Of a DNA stretch of 64,000 nucleotides, positions 1-8,859 are shown piece by piece. The notes under the pieces were generated by a model, which did not search any database, had not been told where the DNA came from, and saw nothing but the letters and a program-made list of their open reading frames with translations. The stretch's first letter is position 1; each line of letters starts with the position of its first letter. The translations under genes and the position numbers were made by a program. The stretch covers positions 9,661 through 73,660 of the forward strand of contig JAKADP010000005.1 of assembly GCA_021820465.1 (NCBI GenBank). Reading direction: 5' to 3'. Source of the DNA: Bacillota bacterium. GTDB taxonomy: Bacteria; Bacillota; Sulfobacillia; Sulfobacillales; JAIMBI01.

Positions 1-1545
1 GAACCCGTGCAGCAGCGCGGTGACGCCGCCCACCCCCGTGCTCTGGCCGGGCAGCCAGTGGGATAGCTGGCGGTCCAGCCGCTGCACCAGCGCAAGCGTG
101 GCGGGAGAGTCGGGCCCCTGGCGGGACGTCACGTACAGCACCGCCAGATGGGGCCGAGCGGCCGGGGCGGCAAAGCTTCCCAGCGCGGTCGTGAGGGCTG
201 GCGGCACGCCCGGGGTCCGGCGTGCCGCCAGCGCCAGGGTGCGGGGGGGCGCAAGCGCCGTGGGGGACTCTACACTCTTCACGGTGGGGTCGTGGGCGAT
301 CAGGGCCGCAATCTGCTGAACCCGGCTCCAAGCGGCTGGCGTCGTCACCGGGTCCGGCAGGTTCATGACGACCACCACGGGTGCGGCGGACCCGGCCCCC
401 AGCACGCGCTGAGCTTCAAACACGGCTTCGCGGAGCGGATCGTGGGCGGGCAGGAGCACCGCGAGGTTGGCAGGCGTACTCATGCGGATGGCGGGACCCT
501 GGCTGGCGGGCACCCCCAGCAGCACCGCCGCGGCCAGAAAGGCCCAGCCGGGGTGGCGGCGCACGAAGCGGCCGAGGCGCTCCCAGAAGCGCGCTCCGGC
601 GCGGAGCGGGACTCGGCCCCAGTGGATGCGCGGGCCCAGGGCCCCCAGCACCGCTGGCAGCAGCGTGTGGGTGCAGACAAGCACCACAGCCACCGTGATG
701 GCACCGCCGACGGCGATGCCGCGCCAGTAGGAGTTGCCCCCCAGCGCCAGCGTGGCCAGCGCCAGGGCCACGGCTAAGCCCGAGAACAGCACCGAGCGCC
801 CGGCGTGTCCCATGGCTTCCCCCAGCGCCCCGACGGCGTCGGCCCCCGCGCGCCCCAGCGCCTGCCGATACCGCACGCTGATGAACAGCGCATAATCCAC
901 GCCGACGCCCAGCGCCAAGAAGCTTACGATGTCGGTCAAATAGGCCGACAGCGTCATGCTGTTCTCCAAGAGATCGATGACGCCCAGCGCCACCACCGTG
1001 CCGACTGCCGCCACGCCCAGCGGCAGTGTCGCGGACACGACCGTGCCAAACACCAACAGCAGGAGAACCAGCAGTAAGGGCAGGGCCACAGGTAAGCTGG
1101 TGGCGAGAGTGGATTTGGTATCGCGGATGACCCGCTGGCCCACCGAGAACTGGTTGACCGCGACGAGCTTGGCACCCCGGCGGGTGGCGTACGCCGAAAA
1201 GGCGTGCATCGTCGGCGCAGAGAGGTGCGTGGGGAAGACGACGGCGTTTCCGTCCGCGAGCCGGCGCACGTTCCCGGTCGGGATGTGAAACCGGACAGTC
1301 CATGCCTCGACGCGCCCAAACGGGACCCGTTCCACCAAGAGCGGCGACGCGGCTGGCGGGCCGTGCAGATGGGCGAGCTGGTTGTCGGCCCAGACCGCCC
1401 GGCTGCCGGGGGCGTCGAGGCCGGTCGTGGTCAGGTGGTGGGTGACGTTTTTGGCCAACGGCGCGGCCGCAGCCAGCACCAGCACCCACACGCCGATGAC
1501 CCACCAGCGGTGGCGGCCCATAAACACACCCATGCGTCCCAGCAT
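1..1545 (-). CDS. MMPL/RND-superfamily membrane transporter, N-terminal part (gene runs off the left edge)
   Basis: Absent from the ORF track because there is no stop inside the window. My own reverse-strand translation starts at ATG (complement of 1543-1545), preceded by AAGGAGGAA. It gives MLGRMGVFMGRHRWWVIGVWVLVLAAAAPL... and stays open to position 1. It shows TM-like hydrophobic runs and the MMPL-type motif LGVGVDYALFISVRYRQ. The listed 416..1825(-) ORF is an out-of-frame shadow. Confidence 0.7.
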   Translation of the reverse strand, partial: MLGRMGVFMGRHRWWVIGVWVLVLAAAAPLAKNVTHHLTTTGLDAPGSRAVWADNQLAHLHGPPAASPLLVERVPFGRVEAWTVRFHIPTGNVRRLADGNAVVFPTHLSAPTMHAFSAYATRRGAKLVAVNQFSVGQRVIRDTKSTLATSLPVALPLLLVLLLLVFGTVVSATLPLGVAAVGTVVALGVIDLLENSMTLSAYLTDIVSFLALGVGVDYALFISVRYRQALGRAGADAVGALGEAMGHAGRSVLFSGLAVALALATLALGGNSYWRGIAVGGAITVAVVLVCTHTLLPAVLGALGPRIHWGRVPLRAGARFWERLGRFVRRHPGWAFLAAAVLLGVPASQGPAIRMSTPANLAVLLPAHDPLREAVFEAQRVLGAGSAAPVVVVMNLPDPVTTPAAWSRVQQIAALIAHDPTVKSVESPTALAPPRTLALAARRTPGVPPALTTALGSFAAPAARPHLAVLYVTSRQGPDSPATLALVQRLDRQLSHWLPGQSTGVGGVTALLHGF

Positions 1546-2204
1546 GCCGTTCCTCCTTGGGGTCTGTCCGTGGTTCCCTCGTCGGCTCGAACGGGTCGGC
1601 GACCTTGCGGATCATGATACCCCCGCCCGGGGGGACGCACGGCGGCAGCGTCTCGCGCTGGCAGCTGAGTGACTGGTAGGCCGAGACCGATGACCCGCGA
1701 CGCGCCGGCGCAGATGTGTGCCTTTGACGGACCTCCTCGAGTAGGATCCCAAAGCCTGGCAACACAGCGCTTCGGGACCTGGGGCGAGCGAGAATCGGTC
1801 CAAGGCGACACTCGCCCTGGCACAAGCCGCGGCCACGTAGCTGCGACCAATCAGGGTCTTTCCTCGGGCCATGGCTATGATTGGTCTGTGGTAACCGCGC
1901 TCGCTGGTCGCAGCAGAGCGAGCACGCACGGTCGCCGAGCGAGAGGCCCCCGGGGCCCGCGTGCGCGACACTCCCCTTGGGCGGTGGCGACCTTCACCGA
2001 TGGACGGCATCAAGACGGCCGGAGTCGGCAAGGCGAGAGTGGGACTGCGATAGGCCGATCGGTGGCCTTAACAACCGGGTCCACTTCACCCTGATTCGTC
2101 AGACACCGTAATATGGTGGGTGCCAGCGGCACGGTCTTCCCCCCGGCCATGAGGACGACGCCTGATGGGAATGGCACGGGGGTGGAGGGGATCCACTGGG
2201 GGAG

Positions 2205-3101
2205 GTGCAGACCCTGAACGAGCGCAAGCGGCGGCTTTATCTCGCCCGGCTTGGCGTGGCCGCGGCCGAGCCCCCCTCAGCTGGCTTCCTGGCGCGCCTA
2301 CAGCGCGCGCATGTGGAGCGAATCCCGTGGGAGACCATCGACGTGTTTAACGGGCGGCCGGTGCCAATTGATGCTGCGAGCTGTGTGGGGCTCATCCTGG
2401 GCGGTCGCAGCGGATACTGCTTTCATCTCAACACGGCGTTTGCTGCGCTCCTGGTTAGTCTTGGCTTCACGGTGAACGTACATCGGGCGGGGGTCCAGGC
2501 ACGAGGGCGGCCCCCGGTGATCGATTCGCTCCACATGGGGCTCACGGTGGCATGCGACGGAGAAACCTGGCTGGTTGACGCGGGGCTGGGCGACATGCCG
2601 TACGAGCCCATCCCGCTTCGGTGGGGTGTCTATCCTCAAGGACCCTTGACGTACCGGCTTATACCATCCGTGGTGGCCGCCGGCGGATGGCGGCTGGTGA
2701 ACGACACGCGCGCCAGCTACGTCGGCGCAGACTTCTCGCCGACCCCTGTGCCGGCCCGCGCGGAGTTTCTGGACGCCCATCGCCGGCTCAGCACCGATCC
2801 TGACTCTCCCTGGGTGAATCGCCTAGTGGTCAAGAACCGCGACGCCCTAGGGTCCAGCGCGATGCAGGGCCTAGTGCTGACGCGCCTGGCTGATGGGGTC
2901 CCTCGGTCACAGGTCGTGGACCGCCGTGCCGAGTGGTTTGACGCCCTGGCCGACATTTTTGGCGAAAGGCTCTTGGCGTATGGGGTGGAAGGTCGGGCAG
3001 CCCTGTGGGATAAGGTGCTGCGCCGCCACGAGGAGTGGATGCGGGAGAGCACGGGCAGCGGTGCGGGCGCCGGCCGCGGGGGACCAAGGCACGTCTATTA
3101 A
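2205..3101 (+). CDS. arylamine N-acetyltransferase (NAT) family protein
   Basis: 298 aa. The N-terminus has the YLARLGV pattern. The catalytic Cys context GRSGYCFHLN matches the NAT RGGYCFELN motif. Confidence 0.85.
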   Translation: MQTLNERKRRLYLARLGVAAAEPPSAGFLARLQRAHVERIPWETIDVFNGRPVPIDAASCVGLILGGRSGYCFHLNTAFAALLVSLGFTVNVHRAGVQARGRPPVIDSLHMGLTVACDGETWLVDAGLGDMPYEPIPLRWGVYPQGPLTYRLIPSVVAAGGWRLVNDTRASYVGADFSPTPVPARAEFLDAHRRLSTDPDSPWVNRLVVKNRDALGSSAMQGLVLTRLADGVPRSQVVDRRAEWFDALADIFGERLLAYGVEGRAALWDKVLRRHEEWMRESTGSGAGAGRGGPRHVY

Positions 3102-3355
3102 TTAAGGGTACGACGGCCAAGCTCCCGGGTGCGCACTGGAAAACCAGCGCTGGCTTTGCGCAAAGCTCAACACTGCGTGTCGGCACCTGCCTCAGAACAC
3201 CACTGCCCACCTGGCGGAAGTACATCGGCCCCGATCGCCAGCACGCGGCGACGAGACCCGCACAGCAATCGTGATGCGCTAGGCCAACGAATTGGACCCA
3301 CCGCCGCTTCCTTCGGGACCCATTCCGCTGGTTTCGTCACAGAGCCAGCCCCGTC

Positions 3356-3384
3356 TTGATCCGGCCCCCGCATCCTGGTATAGT
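3356..3384 (+). promoter_or_regulatory. sigma-70-like promoter with extended -10
   Basis: TTGATC (3356-3361), a 17-nt spacer, then TGgTATAGT (-10 at 3379-3384). It lies about 75 nt upstream of the micro-ORF. Confidence 0.45.
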
Positions 3385-3458
3385 GGCCCCCGGCCTCAAC
3401 TGGGGCTGATGCTCACTCAAGCGCCCCTCAGGGCCCCTGAGCAAAGGAGGAACTTCCG

Positions 3459-3530
3459 ATGAAGATGGCTCGGCGGATTCGGCCGGTCGGCGGCATCGGT
3501 GTGTCTTCAGCTCGGGGTCCGACCCCCTAA
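3459..3530 (+). CDS. 23-codon micro-ORF (MKMARRIRPVGGIGVSSARGPTP): leader peptide or small protein
   Basis: ATG at 3459 is preceded by AAAGGAGGAA with a 6-nt spacer, and the stop is TAA at 3528-3530. It is below the size cut-off of the ORF track. It sits between a promoter-like site and an intrinsic terminator. Confidence 0.35.
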   Translation: MKMARRIRPVGGIGVSSARGPTP

Positions 3531-3547
3531 GGCCGTCACCTTTAGAC

Positions 3548-3580
3548 GCGCCGGTCGGCCAACCCGACCGGCGCTTTTTC
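3548..3580 (+). terminator. intrinsic terminator
   Basis: An 11-bp perfect stem GCGCCGGTCGG / CCGACCGGCGC with loop CCAAC, followed by TTTTTCT. Confidence 0.7.
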
Positions 3581-3675
3581 TGTGGGCTAGAGCCGCCGTG
3601 GGCAACGAGGTGCGGAGGCGAAGAGGCAAGAGGCGACGAGGGACGGGACGTGCAGGGAGGCAAGGAGGCAAGGAC

Positions 3676-4524
3676 GTGGCGACGGTTCCGGATATGTTGA
3701 CACCGCTGAACATCAGCCCCGGCACCCCGGCGCTTCGGGTAATGGGGGTTGCCAAGACGTTTCGCGAGAAGGACCCCGATACCGGCCGGTGGCGGCCCGT
3801 GGCCGCGGTGGCCGGCCTAGACCTAGAGGTGCCGCGCGGTGAGATCCTGGGCATCTTGGGTCCCAACGGGTCAGGGAAGTCTACCCTCATTCGGCTGGTG
3901 GCTACCCTGCTGCTGGCGGACGAGGGCCGCGTGGAGGTGTTTGGCTTCGATGTGGAGCGCCACCGCATGCTGGTGCGCCGGCTCATCAATCGGGTGTCGG
4001 TCGAGGCCAGCTTCTTCAAGAAGCTGACGGCCGCCGAGAACCTAGCCTACGCCACCGGCCTCTACGGCGTGCCCAACCGCGTTGCGCAGGTGCGGGCCCG
4101 CGAGATTTTGGAGCGCCTGGGCCTGCCGGCGAAGAAGCTCGTCGTGCCGTTGGAGCAGCTGTCGCGCGGCCAACAGCAGAAAGTGGCGATTGCGCGGGCG
4201 CTTTTGACATCGCCCACCCTGATGCTGCTGGACGAGCCGACCACGGGGCTCGACCCCAAGTCCCGGCGCGAGGTGCAGGAGTTTGTGCTGGAGGTGCGGG
4301 CCACCCACGACGCGACCATTGTGATTTCGACGCACGACATGGACGAGGCAGACCGCATCTGCGATCGGGTGGCGATTATCAACGCGGGGCAGTTTGCCGC
4401 CATCGACCGGTCGGACCGGCTGAAGGCGCTCTATGGGGGGCAGGCCGGCACCATGGAGCAGGTGTTCTTTACGCTCATCGGGGAGCAGTTGGATGAAGCC
4501 GACCAAGTGGAAGGAGGAGAATAA
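3676..4524 (+). CDS. ABC transporter ATP-binding protein (ABC-2/DrrA-like exporter ATPase)
   Basis: Walker A GPNGSGKST, signature LSRGQQQKV and Walker B LLLDEPTTGLD. The track ORF starts at 3499, but the N-terminal 59 residues are Arg-rich junk. GTG at 3676 has GGAGG 7 nt upstream. The alternative start is ATG at 3694. Confidence 0.9.
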   Translation: MATVPDMLTPLNISPGTPALRVMGVAKTFREKDPDTGRWRPVAAVAGLDLEVPRGEILGILGPNGSGKSTLIRLVATLLLADEGRVEVFGFDVERHRMLVRRLINRVSVEASFFKKLTAAENLAYATGLYGVPNRVAQVRAREILERLGLPAKKLVVPLEQLSRGQQQKVAIARALLTSPTLMLLDEPTTGLDPKSRREVQEFVLEVRATHDATIVISTHDMDEADRICDRVAIINAGQFAAIDRSDRLKALYGGQAGTMEQVFFTLIGEQLDEADQVEGGE

Positions 4525-5375
4525 TGGCATCCACCGGTGTGCCGGGCGCTCGGCGAAGACCCCTGTCCACCCTGGAGCGCGAGCTGAGGGGGATGTGGGC
4601 GCTGGTGCGCCGCAACTTTCATCTCATCCGCCGCTATCTGGGGTGGGAGATTGTGTTTCTGTTTTACAACGTGGTGAACACGCTCACGATTGGGCTGATT
4701 GGGCTGGCGCTGCCGGCGGGGGCCGCTCGCAATCGCGAGGTGGTGTACCTGGCCATTGGGGCGCTGCTGTGGAACTTTTTGTCCATCCTGTTTCAGGAGG
4801 TGTCCAACTCCGTCCAGTGGGAGCGGTGGGAGGGCACCATCGAATACAGCTTCATGGCCCCGATTCACCGCCTCACGTATCTGCTGGGGGTCTGCGTGTG
4901 GGCCGTCCTGTACGGCTTGGTGCGCACGCTGGTGGTGCTGGTGGGGGTCGCCCTGTTTTTCCACGTGAGCATTGCACGGGCTGACTTGGCGGGCGCAGGG
5001 CTCGTGCTGCTGGCCTCGAGCGTGCCGTTCATCGGGCTGGGCTTGGTGGCGGCGATTCTGCCGCTCCTGTCCACGGAGCGCGGCGCCCAGGCCACCCAGG
5101 TGATCCAGGGGGTGCTGCTGCTGATTTCAGGCGTCTACTATCCGGTATCCGTCCTGCCGGGGTGGATCGGCTGGGCTTCGGTGCTGTCGCCCGCCACGTA
5201 CACGCTGGAATACGTCCGGCGTGCCATTCTGAACGGCGCCAGCGTGGGTGCCGTGCTCCCCATCTCCGGGGTGCTCTTGCTGTGGGGACTGGTGCTCATT
5301 CCGGTGGGTCTCGGGCTGTTCATGCTGGCGGAGCGCCACGCGCTCCGCGTCGGGGCTCTGAAGCGCAACGGATAG
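4524..5375 (+). CDS. ABC-2 type transporter permease
   Basis: 283 aa multi-TM protein. Its ATG overlaps the ATPase stop (TAATG), which suggests an operon partner. Confidence 0.85.
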   Translation: MASTGVPGARRRPLSTLERELRGMWALVRRNFHLIRRYLGWEIVFLFYNVVNTLTIGLIGLALPAGAARNREVVYLAIGALLWNFLSILFQEVSNSVQWERWEGTIEYSFMAPIHRLTYLLGVCVWAVLYGLVRTLVVLVGVALFFHVSIARADLAGAGLVLLASSVPFIGLGLVAAILPLLSTERGAQATQVIQGVLLLISGVYYPVSVLPGWIGWASVLSPATYTLEYVRRAILNGASVGAVLPISGVLLLWGLVLIPVGLGLFMLAERHALRVGALKRNG

Positions 5376-5384
5376 ACTGCTCCC

Positions 5385-6302
5385 CTACGCCTGCGCGGCG
5401 GCTACGCGCTCGGGCAGCAACTCGGCCACGACCGGGGGCAGGGCGAACGCCGCCGCGTGGATGCGGGGGGTGTACCAGCGCGTGGGCGCCCCATGGGGCA
5501 GCCGCCGGATGGGTACGAGGGGCTCGGGCCCCAGGGACCCCATTGTGAACGTGAACAAGCTGCCGGGATAGGTGGGCACCGTGCACCAGTACACGCGGCA
5601 CACCGGAAACTCCCGGTCCACGTCGTGGGCGACGCGTGTCAGGACGTCGGGGTTGTAGATCGGTGTGCCACTCTGCTGCGCGTAGACGCCCTCGGGCAGG
5701 AGAGCGGCCCGAATGGCGCGGTGAAACTCGGTCGTGTACAGCACCTGCCCGGGACCGTCCCCTTCGGGATCGGTGGCGTCCACCAGAATGACGTCAAACG
5801 CGTCGGCCGCGTCCAGTGCCGCCACATACTGCACGCCGTCTTCGTACCGAATGGTGAGCCGCGGGTCGTCGAGGGCGGCCGTGTGGTGCGGAAGAAATTT
5901 TCTGGCGACCTCGACGACCGCGCGGTCGATCTCGACCATCACGACGTCCTGCACGCCAGGGACGCGCAGCACCTCGCGTGCGAGCCCGCCGTCGCCCCCT
6001 CCAATGATGAGCACGCGAGCCGGGTGCGGGTGCGATAGGAGCGGCACCAGCGCCAGCATCTCGTGATAGATGTACTCGTCTGCCGCTGTGGTTTGCAGGA
6101 TGCCGTCCAGCACCAGCGCGGTGCCAAACTGCTCTGTCTCCAGCACCTCGATATGTTGGTAGGGCGAGTCACCGGCATACAGCGTCCTCGTGACCTGCCA
6201 CTGCAGCCGGTGATGCGGAGACCCCGCCTCAGTAAACCAAGCCGGCGAGGAGCTCGGCGGGCACTGAGGGCTCGAGTGGATCCTTTCACTATCCATGGGC
6301 AA
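5385..6302 (-). CDS. speE: spermidine synthase (polyamine aminopropyltransferase)
   Basis: Motifs YQHIEVLET, LVLDG..Q, EYIYHEML, VLIIGGGDGG and MVEID. The start is TTG at 6302 or ATG at 6296. Confidence 0.9.
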   Translation of the reverse strand: MPMDSERIHSSPQCPPSSSPAWFTEAGSPHHRLQWQVTRTLYAGDSPYQHIEVLETEQFGTALVLDGILQTTAADEYIYHEMLALVPLLSHPHPARVLIIGGGDGGLAREVLRVPGVQDVVMVEIDRAVVEVARKFLPHHTAALDDPRLTIRYEDGVQYVAALDAADAFDVILVDATDPEGDGPGQVLYTTEFHRAIRAALLPEGVYAQQSGTPIYNPDVLTRVAHDVDREFPVCRVYWCTVPTYPGSLFTFTMGSLGPEPLVPIRRLPHGAPTRWYTPRIHAAAFALPPVVAELLPERVAAAQA

Positions 6303-6395
6303 GTCTGTCCCCTCTCCGGTGTGGGAGTGCTGCCGGTGACCGGCCTCAGGTTCTGCTCCGACCTTAGCACGGCGAGAAGTGGCGCGCCAAATGGC

Positions 6396-7364
6396 CTACG
6401 GGGCGTTGTTGAAGCCCAGGCGCCGGCAGAATTCGTGGAGGAACCGCGGCGCGTCGACGCCGACCGCCACGTCCACCGGATGCGTGGGGGCCGGGGCGCG
6501 CCCGCGTGCGTCCACCACGGTCATGCCCCGCGTGAGGGGGTCCTGCAAGGCGACCCGGACCGAATAGGGCTTGGTGGCCACGATGGTGGGGTCTTCAGCG
6601 GCGGCCACGGCCAGCGGGTCGTGGAGCGGGCATGACCGGTCCCCGGCGGGCGCCCCCGGATTGTACGCCTGCATGTAAAATTCGGTGGCTGTGGCCAGCA
6701 GGCTGGCGTAAGCCCGTTCCGGATCCGAGGCGCCAGGCCGGAGATGCCGGTCCGTCAAACACGCCTGGTGGGTGACGTCCAGCCCCACCATGGTTACGGG
6801 GATGCCGCTTTGAAATACCAGGTCGGCGGCTTCGGGATCACCCCAGATGTTGGCTTCGGCCACCGGCGTGACGTTGCCCGGGCAGAAGGCGGCGCCCCCC
6901 ATCACGACGACCCGTGGAATGCGCCGGGCCAGCTCGGGATAGAGGGCCAGCGCCAGCGCCAGATTGGTCAGCCGCGCTGTGGCGACCAGGGTTATGCCGC
7001 CCTCCGCCAGCGCGGACGCGAGGTACTCGGCCGCTGGCTCGGCCGCGGCGTGGCTGTGGACCGCCGGCAGGTCCGCGTCCCCCAACCCATTGGCGCCGTG
7101 AAACGCCTCGGCTGTCTCCACCCCCCCGCTGGCGAGCGGATGGGCGGCCCCTCGGTACACGGGCACCGACCGCCCCGACAGCTCCACGGCCAGCAGGGTG
7201 TTGCGGGTCGTGATCTCGATGCCGCCATTGCCGAAGCAAGTGGTGATGCCGCGGACATCCAGCCGGGGGGATGCCAGCGCGTACCAGATCGCCATGGCAT
7301 CGTCGATGCCCGTGTCCACGTCCAGAATCACCGGAGTTCGATCTCCCGCGCTTACGGGCTGCAT
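6396..7364 (-). CDS. inosine-uridine preferring nucleoside hydrolase family protein
   Basis: The N-terminal signature VILDVDTGIDDAMAI begins at the internal ATG 7364, preceded by AAAGGTGGGAG. The upstream part of track ORF 6396..7802 overlaps the neighbouring glycosyltransferase and is junk. Confidence 0.85.
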   Translation of the reverse strand: MQPVSAGDRTPVILDVDTGIDDAMAIWYALASPRLDVRGITTCFGNGGIEITTRNTLLAVELSGRSVPVYRGAAHPLASGGVETAEAFHGANGLGDADLPAVHSHAAAEPAAEYLASALAEGGITLVATARLTNLALALALYPELARRIPRVVVMGGAAFCPGNVTPVAEANIWGDPEAADLVFQSGIPVTMVGLDVTHQACLTDRHLRPGASDPERAYASLLATATEFYMQAYNPGAPAGDRSCPLHDPLAVAAAEDPTIVATKPYSVRVALQDPLTRGMTVVDARGRAPAPTHPVDVAVGVDAPRFLHEFCRRLGFNNAP

Positions 7365-7449
7365 AGTCTCCCACCTTTGACGAAAGCTGCAGCCGCTGAG
7401 CGGCTTGCGTGGCGCCATGATAGGCGAAGCGCCCGCCGCCCGCCACTCG

Positions 7450-8679
7450 TCACGGGCCCAGCACGACGCGCGCGGCGGCATCTGCACCGTCCTCCGCGGC
7501 GAGCCGAGCCGCCAGCGCTGCCGGAAACGGCCGGGCGAGCGCCGCCGCCACGGCGGCTGCCAGCCGGTCGGCGGTGAGTCGGCGCCGCGGCACCGAGACG
7601 CCCGCCTCAAGGTGCTCCACGCGCTCGGCCCAGAACCACTGGTCGCCAAAGTGGGGCACCACCACCGACGGGCACCCCGCAGACAGCGCGGCCGCGGTCG
7701 TGCCGGCGCCGCCATGGTGCACCACCGCCCCCACGCGCGGGAACAGCCAGGCGTGCGGGATGTCGTCGACCACGTGGATGGCGGGCGAACTGGCCCCGGC
7801 AATCCCGTTCCATCCCGAATGGATCACACCCCGGCGACCCACGCGCGCGAGCGCCGCCTCCACCAGCGTCCGCACCGCGGTGGGATCTGGCTGGGCCAGG
7901 CTGCCGAATCCCACGTAGATGGGAGGAGGGGTCTCCTCCACGAAAGCAACCAGGGCAGGCGGGGGCGTAAAGTCGGGTGGAGGCGGCAGGCGCCAGTAGC
8001 CGGTCAAGTGGGCCTGTGGCGGCCAGTCGCTGGGGCGCGGCACCACGGACGGACTCACCGCCACGATGCACTCCTCGTCGCGGAGCGCATGGGCGAAGGG
8101 CATGTCGCGCGGGATGACCAGGCCGGGAACCCGTGCCGCGAGGCGCAGGGCCCCTGGGCGAGCCTGCTGCCAAAAGAGGCGCAGCACGGCATCGTGGGAC
8201 CAGCGCTTCAGCAGGCGGCCAGGAACGGGAAACGGCATGGCTGGGCTGGCAAAGGCGCTGGTGGGCAGCAGCGGCTGTAGGTGGGCGGCCACCGCGCGGA
8301 CGCCCAGATGCTGCGCCAAGTAGTGGCCCTGAAAGGCAAACGTCGAGTACACCAGCACGTCACAGTCCTGCAGGGCGGCTTGCGCAGCGTCCCACGTGGG
8401 CAGCGCCAGATGTTCGGTGAGCTGCCGAAACGCGGTGAGAAAGCGCCCCACGTTCTTCCCGGAGGAGAGGGCGCGGCGGCCGGCCGGCGTCGCCATGAGC
8501 TCGGCCGGATCGCCCGGCAGGGGCGCAAACGCCACCTCATAGCGGTCGGCCAGCGGGCGAAATCGCTCGTGGGTGGCCAGGCGCACGTCGGCTCCGCGCC
8601 GCTTCAGGGCCAGCGCCAGCGCCACAAACGGCTCCACGTCCCCTCGGCTGCCGACGGTCATGAGGCCCACCCGGGTCAT
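7450..8679 (-). CDS. glycosyltransferase family 1 (UDP-glycosyltransferase, MGT/sterol-glucosyltransferase-like)
   Basis: The N-terminus GSRGDVEPFVALALAL and the C-terminal HHGGAGTTAAAL..G.P motif are typical of the GT1/GT28 UDP-sugar binding fold. Confidence 0.8.
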   Translation of the reverse strand: MTRVGLMTVGSRGDVEPFVALALALKRRGADVRLATHERFRPLADRYEVAFAPLPGDPAELMATPAGRRALSSGKNVGRFLTAFRQLTEHLALPTWDAAQAALQDCDVLVYSTFAFQGHYLAQHLGVRAVAAHLQPLLPTSAFASPAMPFPVPGRLLKRWSHDAVLRLFWQQARPGALRLAARVPGLVIPRDMPFAHALRDEECIVAVSPSVVPRPSDWPPQAHLTGYWRLPPPPDFTPPPALVAFVEETPPPIYVGFGSLAQPDPTAVRTLVEAALARVGRRGVIHSGWNGIAGASSPAIHVVDDIPHAWLFPRVGAVVHHGGAGTTAAALSAGCPSVVVPHFGDQWFWAERVEHLEAGVSVPRRRLTADRLAAAVAAALARPFPAALAARLAAEDGADAAARVVLGP

Positions 8680-8859
8680 ATGCCTACCTCCATTCGTCCG
8701 GTTGGTACCGGTCCCTTCGTCGCGTCTTCAGGGTAATAGATTGTGCCCATGGCGCGGACCGCGCCCCGTTTGTATACTGGGCGCAACCGGTGCGCTGCGG
8801 GCCGTCCGGGCGGACCGGTCTCCGCCCAAGATCACCGGAAGGCTGTGAGGTGCGCAAGG

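Noticed and set aside
416-1825. 469-aa ORF on the minus strand, the longest ORF in the first 2 kb.
   Set aside because: It has Arg/Gly/Pro-rich composition with no motifs. It is an out-of-frame shadow of the real MMPL gene, which reads cleanly in another minus frame from 1545 to the window edge.
1612-2031. A possible TetR-family regulator upstream of the MMPL gene.
   Set aside because: Only a vague ERGYH resemblance. The helix-turn-helix spacing does not fit and the composition is non-coding-like. I kept it only as a low-interest open question.
3499-3675. The N-terminal 59 codons of the track ORF for the ABC ATPase.
   Set aside because: The peptide is Arg/Gly-rich (RRRRGKRRRGTGRAGRQGGK) and overlaps the terminator and purine tract. 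A GTG with a proper SD at 3676 gives a normal ABC N-terminus.
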